Shown one piece after another: positions 19,180 through 28,160 of a DNA stretch of 64,000 nt; within the stretch, counting starts at the first letter, position 1, and every line of letters starts with the position of its first letter. Origin of the DNA: an uncultured virus (IMG/VR IMGVR_UViG_3300026321_000001) (taxonomy: Duplodnaviria; Heunggongvirae; Uroviricota; Caudoviricetes). A model generated the notes under the pieces. It saw nothing but the letters and a program-made list of their open reading frames with translations. It was not told the origin of the DNA and did no database searches. The stretch lies in the IMG/VR virus record IMGVR_UViG_3300026321_000001; one strand, 5' to 3'. A program made the translations under genes and the position numbers.

Positions 19180-22100
19180 TTAGATTACCATCTCTCTTAT
19201 GTGAATCACACTTCCAGTAGCAGGAGAGGAAGAAATACTAAAGTCAACTGCGTTACCTGATACCTGATAATCAACACCAGGAATCTGAGCAACACCATTT
19301 AAGAATACCATTACAGAGTAGCTGGTATGTCCAGGTGAGATAGCGAAACCAGTCGTAGACCCGTTTCCATTATATGTTACACCGTTGTTGTTATTGGCAA
19401 TACCCGTTGCAAGAGTATATTTGTCAGCACAACCATAATTACCAGTAACATCTAAGTTACCATTAATATAAGTGTTACCTGCGATCTTCATCCTGTTGGA
19501 TGCGTCAGGTGCCATACCAATACCATAATTTGTTACACCAGAGAATCTACGTGCAGTAATAGGTGAAGTATCGGTCAATCCGAACTTGTACCATATACCT
19601 GTGTCATAAATCCATCCTAGTGAGTCACCAGCTTGCCAGTCAATATTATAGATAATATCACCATCATTAAATGCTAATGACGAATCAATATCTGGTTGAC
19701 CTGTGCCATCATCTTCTGCAAGGAAGTTCTGCTTTAGTACAGTTCCATCATCGTTGGCATACGTCAATTTTATTGTCTGAATATTTTCCTGAGCAGTGAT
19801 TCTCTTCTGGAAAGTCACTGGACCTGAGAAAACAGATTCAAGTTGGTTAGATGCACCACCAATTACGGTTAGTTTGTCAGTAAGTACAACCTCAGAGAAT
19901 GTCTGAATCGTAGTTCCCTCTTCACCAACAACGTTCAACTGTGCGATGTCTTCGTTAGTGATCTGACCAGTAATCGGGTTGATAACCTGGTTACCAACAT
20001 ACAGTTCACCATCACTGTTAACACCTGAGTAGTAAGCAACACCTGCTGCTTCCTTAAGTGACTGTGATAATCTGACCTGTATAGATGATAGTACCTCCAC
20101 CTGTGTAGATGGGAACGCTGTACTGTAGTTACCTGGACCAAAACCAAGATATTCAAACGTATGACCCGATGCTCTAAGGATTGAGTACCTTCGAAGTTCA
20201 CATAACAGTGGAGCAACTGAGTTATCAGCGTTAAGTTTCAATGCAATCTTTCTTTCTTCTTCATCACCTAATCGTGCAGTAACAACGACACTGTTCAAGG
20301 TGTTAGAAGTAGTGTTATAACCTAAGTTGTTCTCCTGTTCTAATAAGAAGAACTGTGCAGTCTCTCTACTAATTGATAGCTGTGTATCTTCATTAGCTTG
20401 TGGTTGTGCACCATCAGTTGTAGTGACCTTACCTAGTATGTCATTGTCTGCAATAGACACAGAAGGAGCTGGGTCAGCAACTGGGTTATCTCTGTCAAAT
20501 GTTGGATAAACATCTACAGCATACTGTGAGAACGCAAAGTCATTAAAGTTTGACGTTGATGGTGATACCGAAGCATTCAGTATGGTGAGATAATAGATAC
20601 CATCCTTAACACCACGTTCAAATGGTTGGAATACTTCTACCTCGTAGATGTAATAAGTCTTGTCGTATGCAGGAGAGTTTGTTTCAGATGATCTAGGTTG
20701 TACAACGAAACCAGTAATAGGTTCACGAGGTATTGGGAATGAATCCTTATCTAGAACATAACGGAAACGATAGATTCTATCCTTAAGGTCTCTTGCATCA
20801 GGTACCCTTCTAATGAAGGATGTTGGTGTAAATCCTAAGTTCTGATACTGTGCGTTAGCAATCAGAGTTGTGTATATATCGTTATTAGTTGAGTCTACTT
20901 GTAGATACCAGTTTGACTGGTTAGGATCATACTTGATAGGAGACTCATCAGCACCAGGTAGTGTACCAGTTACATCAGCACCAGATGGATCAATCTTTGC
21001 TGTATGAGTTGTAGGAGCATTAGCACCAGAAGCAATCAACAGTACGTTAATCTCATCAGGAGTTGTTGGTCCATCTTTTCTAGCACCAACGGTATAACCC
21101 TGAATCTTACTAGGTGGTTTTGCATTCTCATTGGTATAACCATAGAGATACAACTTAGTTGGGTCTGCTGCGTTTCTAATCTTAGCAATATCAAACGTTA
21201 CCCAGTTAATTGATATCTCTGGGACATCACTTATACTCTTGGGTGGGATGATATGTGTGAGCTGCCCTGCCTTGTCTTTCGTAAATGCTGCGCTCTTAAA
21301 GCCTTTAGATCGGAGAGAAGTGTTACCAAAGTTTGAGTTCGAGTTGGTAATCGAGAGGTCTCCTCCGCTGTCAGAGAAGAAATGGTCTCCAAATCCAACT
21401 GCGAAAACCGAGACGACCTGGATGAATGCGTCGTTACTTGCGTAGATGTGTCTGTGTCGCCAACCTTTACGGTATTTACATAACCCGTTAATGTGTGCAC
21501 CAGAGCCCGCAGCTTGGGCTTCGTAGTTTCCAGTAGACGGGTTATAGAGTACGAATGCTCTGTCATCTTTCTGGAGCGAAATGCCAGTAAACTGAGCAAC
21601 AACCATTGATTTGAAACCAGTTGCCTCTGCACCATTAGCGTGCATACCATTTATACCCCAAACTGATCTTAGTGAACAGTTGAATACATATGGAGATGCT
21701 GAGTCAACAGTATCAATCTCAACTTTAACCAGTACGTTACTACCAATAGCATTACCAGATGGTTCTGATGACATCTGATACGTAAACTGGTTACCTTGTG
21801 CTGACGTGACAAGGAACGATCCATTATAAAGGTTAGCGTCTGCCTCAGTTGGTCCTGTTACACCACTCAAGTTAACAGCAACACCAACAGAGAATCCGTG
21901 GTTTACTGGGTTATCTTGAATGTCAACAGTAAATGCTGTTGCAGTTTGACCGTTTCTGATAATTTGAGATACTCTAAATTCGTCAGAAATCGGACCTACA
22001 ATTCTATTCTCTTCGACTCTTGCCTGTAATTGGTCTTGTGCAATAGTACCAGAGGTATCAGGTATCGTTGCGTATGCTTTAGATATCTTCTGATAGTAAA

Positions 22101-22755
22101 GTTCCAAGTCTGCATTGTTTGCATACTCGAAACAAGTTAGTTTATGATGAGAGAAGTTTGGAGCAATAGTATCAACTACATCACTACGGTAGTAAACTCC
22201 ATTGTTGTCACCATCAAAAAATGACTGTTGCCAGAAATAACAACCACCAGTTAGTCTGAATATAGCAGAGGCAGATGGTTCATTACTTGAGGTAATACCT
22301 AATGATGCTTGTATCGTTGGATATGGTACATACTTTGGAATAATCTTAGTACGACGTAAGTCAGATCCAACAACAGAACAACCTCTGGGAACAATAATAC
22401 CACCATTCACTGAGTTAAACTTGTGAAGGATGTTGTTCGGAGAGGTTAGATCGAAATTTGTATTTTCATCAAATGGTGTGATCTCAGTATATAAGTTAGT
22501 ACCTGGTCTATTGTCTAGAACATATTCAGAGGGATATAGGTAGATCGAAAATGCGTCAAATTCGTCATTACTTAGACCAACACGATAAGAGAATCTTGCC
22601 ACTTCAAGAAATGCCCTCTGCAATGTCTTGAACGGACGTAGTGCCGAGTTACCTCGGTTATCATATGCATCTGATGCGTCAAAGTCGTCGGGGTTGACGT
22701 ATATAATACGACCAGTCCTCGACGTGATGATATTCTTTAGACGGGTTAGTGCCAT
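19180..22755 (-). CDS. Large virion structural protein (tail spike/fibre-like)
   Basis: MALTRLKN...IYVNPDD...RPFKTLQRA and GSDLRRTKI, typical of cyanomyovirus structural proteins; late promoter at 22777. Confidence 0.8.
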   Translation of the reverse strand: MALTRLKNIITSRTGRIIYVNPDDFDASDAYDNRGNSALRPFKTLQRAFLEVARFSYRVGLSNDEFDAFSIYLYPSEYVLDNRPGTNLYTEITPFDENTNFDLTSPNNILHKFNSVNGGIIVPRGCSVVGSDLRRTKIIPKYVPYPTIQASLGITSSNEPSASAIFRLTGGCYFWQQSFFDGDNNGVYYRSDVVDTIAPNFSHHKLTCFEYANNADLELYYQKISKAYATIPDTSGTIAQDQLQARVEENRIVGPISDEFRVSQIIRNGQTATAFTVDIQDNPVNHGFSVGVAVNLSGVTGPTEADANLYNGSFLVTSAQGNQFTYQMSSEPSGNAIGSNVLVKVEIDTVDSASPYVFNCSLRSVWGINGMHANGAEATGFKSMVVAQFTGISLQKDDRAFVLYNPSTGNYEAQAAGSGAHINGLCKYRKGWRHRHIYASNDAFIQVVSVFAVGFGDHFFSDSGGDLSITNSNSNFGNTSLRSKGFKSAAFTKDKAGQLTHIIPPKSISDVPEISINWVTFDIAKIRNAADPTKLYLYGYTNENAKPPSKIQGYTVGARKDGPTTPDEINVLLIASGANAPTTHTAKIDPSGADVTGTLPGADESPIKYDPNQSNWYLQVDSTNNDIYTTLIANAQYQNLGFTPTSFIRRVPDARDLKDRIYRFRYVLDKDSFPIPREPITGFVVQPRSSETNSPAYDKTYYIYEVEVFQPFERGVKDGIYYLTILNASVSPSTSNFNDFAFSQYAVDVYPTFDRDNPVADPAPSVSIADNDILGKVTTTDGAQPQANEDTQLSISRETAQFFLLEQENNLGYNTTSNTLNSVVVTARLGDEEERKIALKLNADNSVAPLLCELRRYSILRASGHTFEYLGFGPGNYSTAFPSTQVEVLSSIQVRLSQSLKEAAGVAYYSGVNSDGELYVGNQVINPITGQITNEDIAQLNVVGEEGTTIQTFSEVVLTDKLTVIGGASNQLESVFSGPVTFQKRITAQENIQTIKLTYANDDGTVLKQNFLAEDDGTGQPDIDSSLAFNDGDIIYNIDWQAGDSLGWIYDTGIWYKFGLTDTSPITARRFSGVTNYGIGMAPDASNRMKIAGNTYINGNLDVTGNYGCADKYTLATGIANNNNGVTYNGNGSTTGFAISPGHTSYSVMVFLNGVAQIPGVDYQVSGNAVDFSISSSPATGSVIHIREMVI

Positions 22756-22789
22756 TTACTCTGATCCTCTTATGTTTATTTAGTTGTCA

Positions 22790-24712
22790 TTAAGGATTGG
22801 GGTTACCACCGCCACCTTGACCACCAGCACTAGAACTAGTTACCTGATTATATTGTGCTGCCTCCCAGTCGGAAACGGTATTCTCAAATCCGTTTACCTG
22901 GAATGTCACATCAGCTGTTGAGGCATATACAATGAGATGTGAATTAGGACCAACTACGATACCTTTATGCTCATTAGTGCTATTAGCAGTAAGAGCTACA
23001 TCATAGAAAATGTAATCCTTAGTTTCAAGATCAGTCGCTGCTGCTACAGATGATACTGTTGCAGTATCACGATCAGCACCTTGACCTAATGGTGTGTCTA
23101 CAAATGTATCAGATCCTGCGAATGCAGCAGATCCAGTACCTAATGTGACATATAGGGCAGTGCCTTCCCAAGCAGAGACCCATCCATACTTACCACCAGT
23201 TACAGTACCAACTGTCTGTGTAGAAGTACCAATAGTAAATGTATCACCAGTAATCCAAGTACCCTTAACATCATAGAGGAAAATCTCTGTGAATTGAGGA
23301 TCTTGTACTACAGTTACCTGTGATGAATAATTTGTATCTGGTGCAGCAGATGCTGTACCTTCAGCGTAGTAATAAATTGGGTTTGGAGTTGTACTTGTTG
23401 GAATAATTTGAATCGTTCCGTTTGAACCAGCAGTACCAGTCTTAGTTACCCCTGTGGTATATTCAACACCAGCAGTAGGTGTGGCACCTGTACCCTCCTG
23501 AATATCAGAGAATCTTAATGGTAAACCTGTGTTGGTTGAATCAGACTGATCAAAGAGATAAGTACGATCAACGTCCATTGTGAAACCAGTAGGAACTACT
23601 TCACGTCCAGCAACAGTTCCCCAAGTAAATTGAGTTGTGTATGATGCACTAGCAGTAGGAGTGAACTGAGTTTCTACAGTTGCGTTTGATGTACCACCTG
23701 TTAATGTTTCAGCACCATCAAACCAATCGATCTGTGCTTGTGCACCCTGTACCATTGGAGTAACAGTTGAACCATCGTTATGTGCTGCATCGGTTGTACC
23801 CCATACACCACGTGTGACTGTTACGTCATTACCAGTAACACCAGTAGCAAGCATAACTTCGTTACCGACTCTGATATGAGTACCAGTAACAATCGTTGTA
23901 CCATCAGTAACTGTTAGAGTTGTATCTCCAGCAGCAAACTGAGCACCCTCATTAATGGTAGTTGTGGTTGCGTTGTCTGTGAACATAGAAACAACCTGTC
24001 CAGAAGGGTGTGCAGCAGCACTCGTTCCAAACTGTGCACGAGTAACAGCAACGTCACCACCTCCAGTAGTACCAGAGTAATAAGTAATCGCTCCTGCTAG
24101 TATAATTTCAGCAGTATATCCAGTCAAACCATCTGATAGAACGAAATATGCCGCTGCACCTGCAAGAGCCCCCGCATCTACAAATTTCAGCGATGTATCA
24201 CCTGAAGCAATATCAGCAACTTCCAAACTCATTGCGGTTGTACCTGTACCCCTAAAGGTACCAGTAAAACCAGAAACACCACCAGTAATAGTCTCACCAC
24301 CTTGGAAAGTTCCAGTAGCACCCTGTGAGTTAGTGTTCACAGCAGTACACTTCTTAACTTTCACATAGTTAGTGATCGTTGCTGTGGATACAACAGTGTC
24401 AAGAATAAATCCACTCTTTGCTAGATCAGTAGATCCTACAAGAAGACCAGGAGTAGCATCTGATCTGCTGATTCCTGGATTAATTTCCATCTTATAGGTT
24501 GAGATGGGATTACCTCGTGCAAATGCATACGTTGAGGCATCCATCGTTAATTTCTGTGTATAGTCTTTATGTCCTATACGATATGTTGCAGCACTACCTC
24601 CTCTCTCAGCCACACTCAATACTGAAGATGCAGTATGTTCTGAGTCTGTCGTGTAAAGGACGGATGCTGTTGTTGCTGCGGGGGCTGCGGCAGCGAGTCT
24701 TCCTGCTGTCAT
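22790..24712 (-). CDS. Virion structural protein (Thr/Gly/Ala-rich)
   Basis: Repeated VTRx(4)GTxAAAH modules and YLFDQSDSTN. Confidence 0.75.
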   Translation of the reverse strand: MTAGRLAAAAPAATTASVLYTTDSEHTASSVLSVAERGGSAATYRIGHKDYTQKLTMDASTYAFARGNPISTYKMEINPGISRSDATPGLLVGSTDLAKSGFILDTVVSTATITNYVKVKKCTAVNTNSQGATGTFQGGETITGGVSGFTGTFRGTGTTAMSLEVADIASGDTSLKFVDAGALAGAAAYFVLSDGLTGYTAEIILAGAITYYSGTTGGGDVAVTRAQFGTSAAAHPSGQVVSMFTDNATTTTINEGAQFAAGDTTLTVTDGTTIVTGTHIRVGNEVMLATGVTGNDVTVTRGVWGTTDAAHNDGSTVTPMVQGAQAQIDWFDGAETLTGGTSNATVETQFTPTASASYTTQFTWGTVAGREVVPTGFTMDVDRTYLFDQSDSTNTGLPLRFSDIQEGTGATPTAGVEYTTGVTKTGTAGSNGTIQIIPTSTTPNPIYYYAEGTASAAPDTNYSSQVTVVQDPQFTEIFLYDVKGTWITGDTFTIGTSTQTVGTVTGGKYGWVSAWEGTALYVTLGTGSAAFAGSDTFVDTPLGQGADRDTATVSSVAAATDLETKDYIFYDVALTANSTNEHKGIVVGPNSHLIVYASTADVTFQVNGFENTVSDWEAAQYNQVTSSSAGGQGGGGNPNP

Positions 24713-24716
24713 TGTT

Positions 24717-26042
24717 TTACCAGAGTCCTACGAAATGATTTTGAAGTCTTAGTCTGCCACCAAAGTCAGGAGCAGAAATTGGTCCACCGAAGCTAACACC
24801 CAGTGTTCCAACGTTTTCAGTAGATAACAGAGTAGCATCTGCATCTGGGAACTTGATTGATCGAGTTCCTGTAATATTATCTATGATCAGTTTGACTTGG
24901 TTCTGATCATTAGCTGCGTCTAAAAGAGTAAATTCTTTAGCAGATTTACCTTCAAATACCTGGGTAGCTTTTTCAGTAAGTACTATGTTGTTCTCACTAA
25001 TTGGAACGTTAAGGTTCGCTTGTGGGAACTCGTACCTAAGAATTGTAGCACCAGACATATTACTTAGGTCAAACTGAATACGCTTAGTAATATCAGTACC
25101 ATCAGCGAACCGAGGGTCAGCGTAATCTTTGTTTGTAAATGTCTGTGTAGCATTAGTACCAGCAACAATCAATGATTGGTCTGGCCAAGTCACTACACGA
25201 TCAGATGTTACATCAGGTGAGTTAAAAGTAACCTTTGGTGTAGGGTTATTAGGATCACCAGATTCAATATTAGATATTGTAGGATTGATAAGGTTTTTAT
25301 TACTAATATTTTGTTCAGTAATAGTATCAATCAGTGTTGACTGTGATGCTGTGGTACCATAGTCAGGCAATCTATAGATGTGCGTAACTGGTGCTTCCCA
25401 AGAGTCAGTCTCAAATAATGCAATCTTACCAGAGTTAGATGAACCCACAATTTGTAGGTTACCATCCTGAATAATAATAGTCTTATTACTAATAGTCTGT
25501 GTAGTATCGTTACCTAATAATGTTGTAGATGTGAAACTACCTGTACTTGGTAGAGCAAACGAACGTATACCTGCACCAGTTGATACACCAGATATTTCAA
25601 ACTTTGCTTTCTTATCAGGGTTCTGATCGTCAGCAAGGAAGAAGTTGGTATCTTGGAACTCAGCAGGACCATTAACAAGGAACTTACCAGAACCCTGTGG
25701 TCTCATATCAATGTTTACATTGGAAGATGTAGTATCTCCAGCAATGAATCTAATAGTAGCGGAACCATCAGCGTTATCTTGCTTCTTATAGTACATACTA
25801 GATGTACCGAAAGCCAGACCAAGTTCGTTGTAAGCATCTTGGTAAAGACCTGTGTCTCTGTCAAGGTCAAAACAAAGTCCTGGTTGGGACTGACTACCTG
25901 CTCCCACTCCTTTAAAGATCTGATTGACCTTTGCCTTACGGTTAGGAATGAGTGGATCACTGATTACGACAGGTAAAACTGCTTCACCAGTTAACACGCC
26001 ATCGGCCAGTGTATCTAATTGTGAAATTCTTTTGGTTCCCAC
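24717..26042 (-). CDS. Virion structural/fibre protein
   Basis: Repeated LP...TL...QTxSNK units; late promoter at 26071. Confidence 0.75.
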   Translation of the reverse strand: MGTKRISQLDTLADGVLTGEAVLPVVISDPLIPNRKAKVNQIFKGVGAGSQSQPGLCFDLDRDTGLYQDAYNELGLAFGTSSMYYKKQDNADGSATIRFIAGDTTSSNVNIDMRPQGSGKFLVNGPAEFQDTNFFLADDQNPDKKAKFEISGVSTGAGIRSFALPSTGSFTSTTLLGNDTTQTISNKTIIIQDGNLQIVGSSNSGKIALFETDSWEAPVTHIYRLPDYGTTASQSTLIDTITEQNISNKNLINPTISNIESGDPNNPTPKVTFNSPDVTSDRVVTWPDQSLIVAGTNATQTFTNKDYADPRFADGTDITKRIQFDLSNMSGATILRYEFPQANLNVPISENNIVLTEKATQVFEGKSAKEFTLLDAANDQNQVKLIIDNITGTRSIKFPDADATLLSTENVGTLGVSFGGPISAPDFGGRLRLQNHFVGLW

Positions 26043-26070
26043 TTACACTTTGCGCTATTTCGTACAGTTT

Positions 26071-26078
26071 TATTTATA
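26071..26078 (-). promoter_or_regulatory. T4-type late promoter
   Basis: TATAAATA upstream of the structural operon. Confidence 0.8.
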
Positions 26079-26096
26079 ACTCTTCTACAGGCGGGA

Positions 26097-26345
26097 TTAA
26101 TAAGGTACCTCACCTTCACAGAGTTCAGACATTTCAAAGATAATAGGATGACACTCCTCCATAATCAAATATTGTGATATATGGTATAGATCATCCATCG
26201 TATATTCCATTTCACACCCATCAATCAATTCCATTGAAGGGTTATCTACCTCATCAAAGGTAAAAGCCATACCATTGATGAACCACATCTTAACAACACC
26301 TTGATTCTTGAGTAAAACATACTCACTGCTTATTTTGTATAGCAT
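26097..26345 (-). CDS. Conserved cyanophage hypothetical protein
   Basis: WFINGMAFTFDE...YLIMEECHPII. Confidence 0.7.
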   Translation of the reverse strand: MLYKISSEYVLLKNQGVVKMWFINGMAFTFDEVDNPSMELIDGCEMEYTMDDLYHISQYLIMEECHPIIFEMSELCEGEVPY

Positions 26346-26794
26346 TTTGTAAACTCAAATGGTCCGCTATTTGATCCCCAGAGTAGATTACCTTTCTTAT
26401 CCCAACCTCTATCATCAGTAGAAAACTTATTATCCTCCAGCACAGCCTTGGTTTTGACTTTAATACCATCAGGGTGTTCCCAATCAGGATCAGTTTTACC
26501 TGCCCATCCTTTAGGAATCTTTGTCCAAATAGTATCTGCTGCTTTCTCTCCTCCTTTCTGTGGATTATATGTCTCAAGTATTAATGATAGATCGTGTTGC
26601 CTTAACCATACAAAATGATTTCTCTCTCTGTATGGTTCTTCAGGGTTATAATCATACCACTGTTTAGTCTTGAGAATTTGTCCGTCCCAGTACCAGAGGT
26701 AGTGCACATATGCAAAAGATGCTGGTGATGATTGAGCTTGTTGTAGATTATGCCAGTGACCCACTAGCATTTCAAGGAAGTCATCCGTGTACAT
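26330..26794 (-). CDS. cpeT: CpcT/CpeT-family bilin lyase
   Basis: WHNLQQAQSSP, QWY...PYRER, DRGWD...WGS...PFEF. Confidence 0.85.
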   Translation of the reverse strand: MYTDDFLEMLVGHWHNLQQAQSSPASFAYVHYLWYWDGQILKTKQWYDYNPEEPYRERNHFVWLRQHDLSLILETYNPQKGGEKAADTIWTKIPKGWAGKTDPDWEHPDGIKVKTKAVLEDNKFSTDDRGWDKKGNLLWGSNSGPFEFTKCYTK

Positions 26795-26796
26795 TG

Positions 26797-27231
26797 CTAT
26801 GTATGCTTGAAGATAAAGGGACCAGGTATCTTACCCCACAGTATATTACCATCCTTATCGGTTCCTTTGTCAAATGATGTATAGGTAACAGAATCTAATG
26901 TAATAATTGTCTCAATCTTAATTCCTTTCTCATTATATGTGTCTGGTGGTGTCATACCAATAAAACCTGTCACATCTTCCTTAAAGATAAGGTGCAGGCC
27001 ACTCTCATTGATATTTAATTTTATATGATCTTCCTGTATATCTAAATGATGTGTCCTTTGACGATAAACTTCTCCACTCCAGTCATACCATTGTTTAGAG
27101 TGTAAATGAGCACCTTCTACCCACCAGTCATAATGAACGTGTGCAAATTCATTAGGCCACTGTTGTGCCTGTTGCAAGTTATCCCATTTATGACAGAGGT
27201 ACTCTAGAAATGTAGCACTAGAGATTGCCAC
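26797..27231 (-). CDS. cpeT: CpcT/CpeT-family bilin lyase, second paralog
   Basis: WDNLQQAQQWP, KQWY...YRQR, DKG...WG...PFIF; GTG start inferred. Confidence 0.8.
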   Translation of the reverse strand: MAISSATFLEYLCHKWDNLQQAQQWPNEFAHVHYDWWVEGAHLHSKQWYDWSGEVYRQRTHHLDIQEDHIKLNINESGLHLIFKEDVTGFIGMTPPDTYNEKGIKIETIITLDSVTYTSFDKGTDKDGNILWGKIPGPFIFKHT

Positions 27232-27514
27232 GTGCTTTAATATCCTTAATCGCTGCCATAGTCTCTTGAGCAGCAAATGATCCTACATCTGCTTGACTTG
27301 GTAAACCACCTAGACCTGGTATAGGCAGTGGTCCTTGATGATACTCTTGTTCTTTAAGTGCTTCTTCTGCTGCCTCTACCTTTGCTGAGTTTGCAACAGG
27401 TGAAATAATTACATTGCCTTCGGGACACTCTATTACGAATGGTGTTCCTCTAGCAGCAAGTTTCAAAGTAAAAGCAATATTCTCTATTGCTTCCTCATAA
27501 GTTAATCTATTCAT
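27218..27514 (-). CDS. Hypothetical protein (N-terminus resembles a Phd/YefM-like fold)
   Basis: LTYEEAIENI...ARGTPFVIE...NVIISP pattern. Confidence 0.5.
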   Translation of the reverse strand: MNRLTYEEAIENIAFTLKLAARGTPFVIECPEGNVIISPVANSAKVEAAEEALKEQEYHQGPLPIPGLGGLPSQADVGSFAAQETMAAIKDIKARGNL

Positions 27515-27759
27515 TGTGTAATAAAACAGCGTTGTTCTTCTGGTACAGATTCACAGATCTGTGCTATGGTCTCTTGAAAACCTTCTGCACCTTCTTTGTC
27601 CCATTTAAACTTAATCTTTTCAATGTTTCCATCAGAGGCTTGAAGGGACACTGATCGTTGAGGGACATTGATCCAGACATAATCTAACCATAAATCTTGG
27701 GAGTCCATAAGCAAGTCAAGGTATTCAAAGAGTATGTAGTTGAGTTCTTCGTTGTCCAT
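27511..27759 (-). CDS. Conserved hypothetical protein
   Basis: Likely start MDNEEL overlapping the upstream stop. Confidence 0.65.
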   Translation of the reverse strand: MDNEELNYILFEYLDLLMDSQDLWLDYVWINVPQRSVSLQASDGNIEKIKFKWDKEGAEGFQETIAQICESVPEEQRCFITQ

Positions 27760-27911
27760 TAGGAAGGCCAAGCTACCATACATTTACATCCTGTACGTGC
27801 TTCTGCACGTTGTATTGCTTCTTGCATCGTAACACAATTGTCAACCACTTCCTCGAAAGGTACAGAGGAATTTGGTCTCTTCAATTTAACTGTGTACTTT
27901 CTTGTGGACAT
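27759..27911 (-). CDS. Small hypothetical protein (50 aa, MSTRKYTVKL...)
   Basis: Read directly from the sequence, below the ORF-track cut-off; TAATG-coupled. Confidence 0.6.
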   Translation of the reverse strand: MSTRKYTVKLKRPNSSVPFEEVVDNCVTMQEAIQRAEARTGCKCMVAWPS

Positions 27912-27934
27912 AATGACCTCGAAAATATTGGGGT

Positions 27935-28104
27935 GGGAGATTGGATTTCTGTATTACCAATAAAGGACGGGCATTACTACAGTAGTAAATTTTACATCCT
28001 TGCCTGAGACCCGACTGGTAAGTCGATTCTGCTTTCGCAGCAGCACCACCTGTGTCTCATCACCTTATCCAGCTATATGCCAGAAAGATTATTCAGTCAC
28101 TCCC
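27935..28104 (-). ncRNA. Large structured RNA, resembling the manA RNA motif of cyanophages
   Basis: GGGAG/CTCCC closing stem, CTGC-GAAA-GCAG, CGACT/AGTCG, GAGAC/GTCTC and TACTAC/GTAGTA helices; family assignment from recall only. Confidence 0.7.
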
Positions 28105-28131
28105 GTGTCAGGCGATCAACCCAACAAATAT

Positions 28132-28160
28132 ATTATACACTAGTTCAAGAGAATTGGCAA
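28132..28160 (-). promoter_or_regulatory. sigma70-type promoter for the ncRNA
   Basis: TTGCCA-17-TATAAT overlapping the gp5 stop. Confidence 0.7.

Noticed and set aside
27218..27514. Toxin-antitoxin pair based on the Phd-like N-terminus
   Set aside because: Weak resemblance and no recognisable toxin next to it
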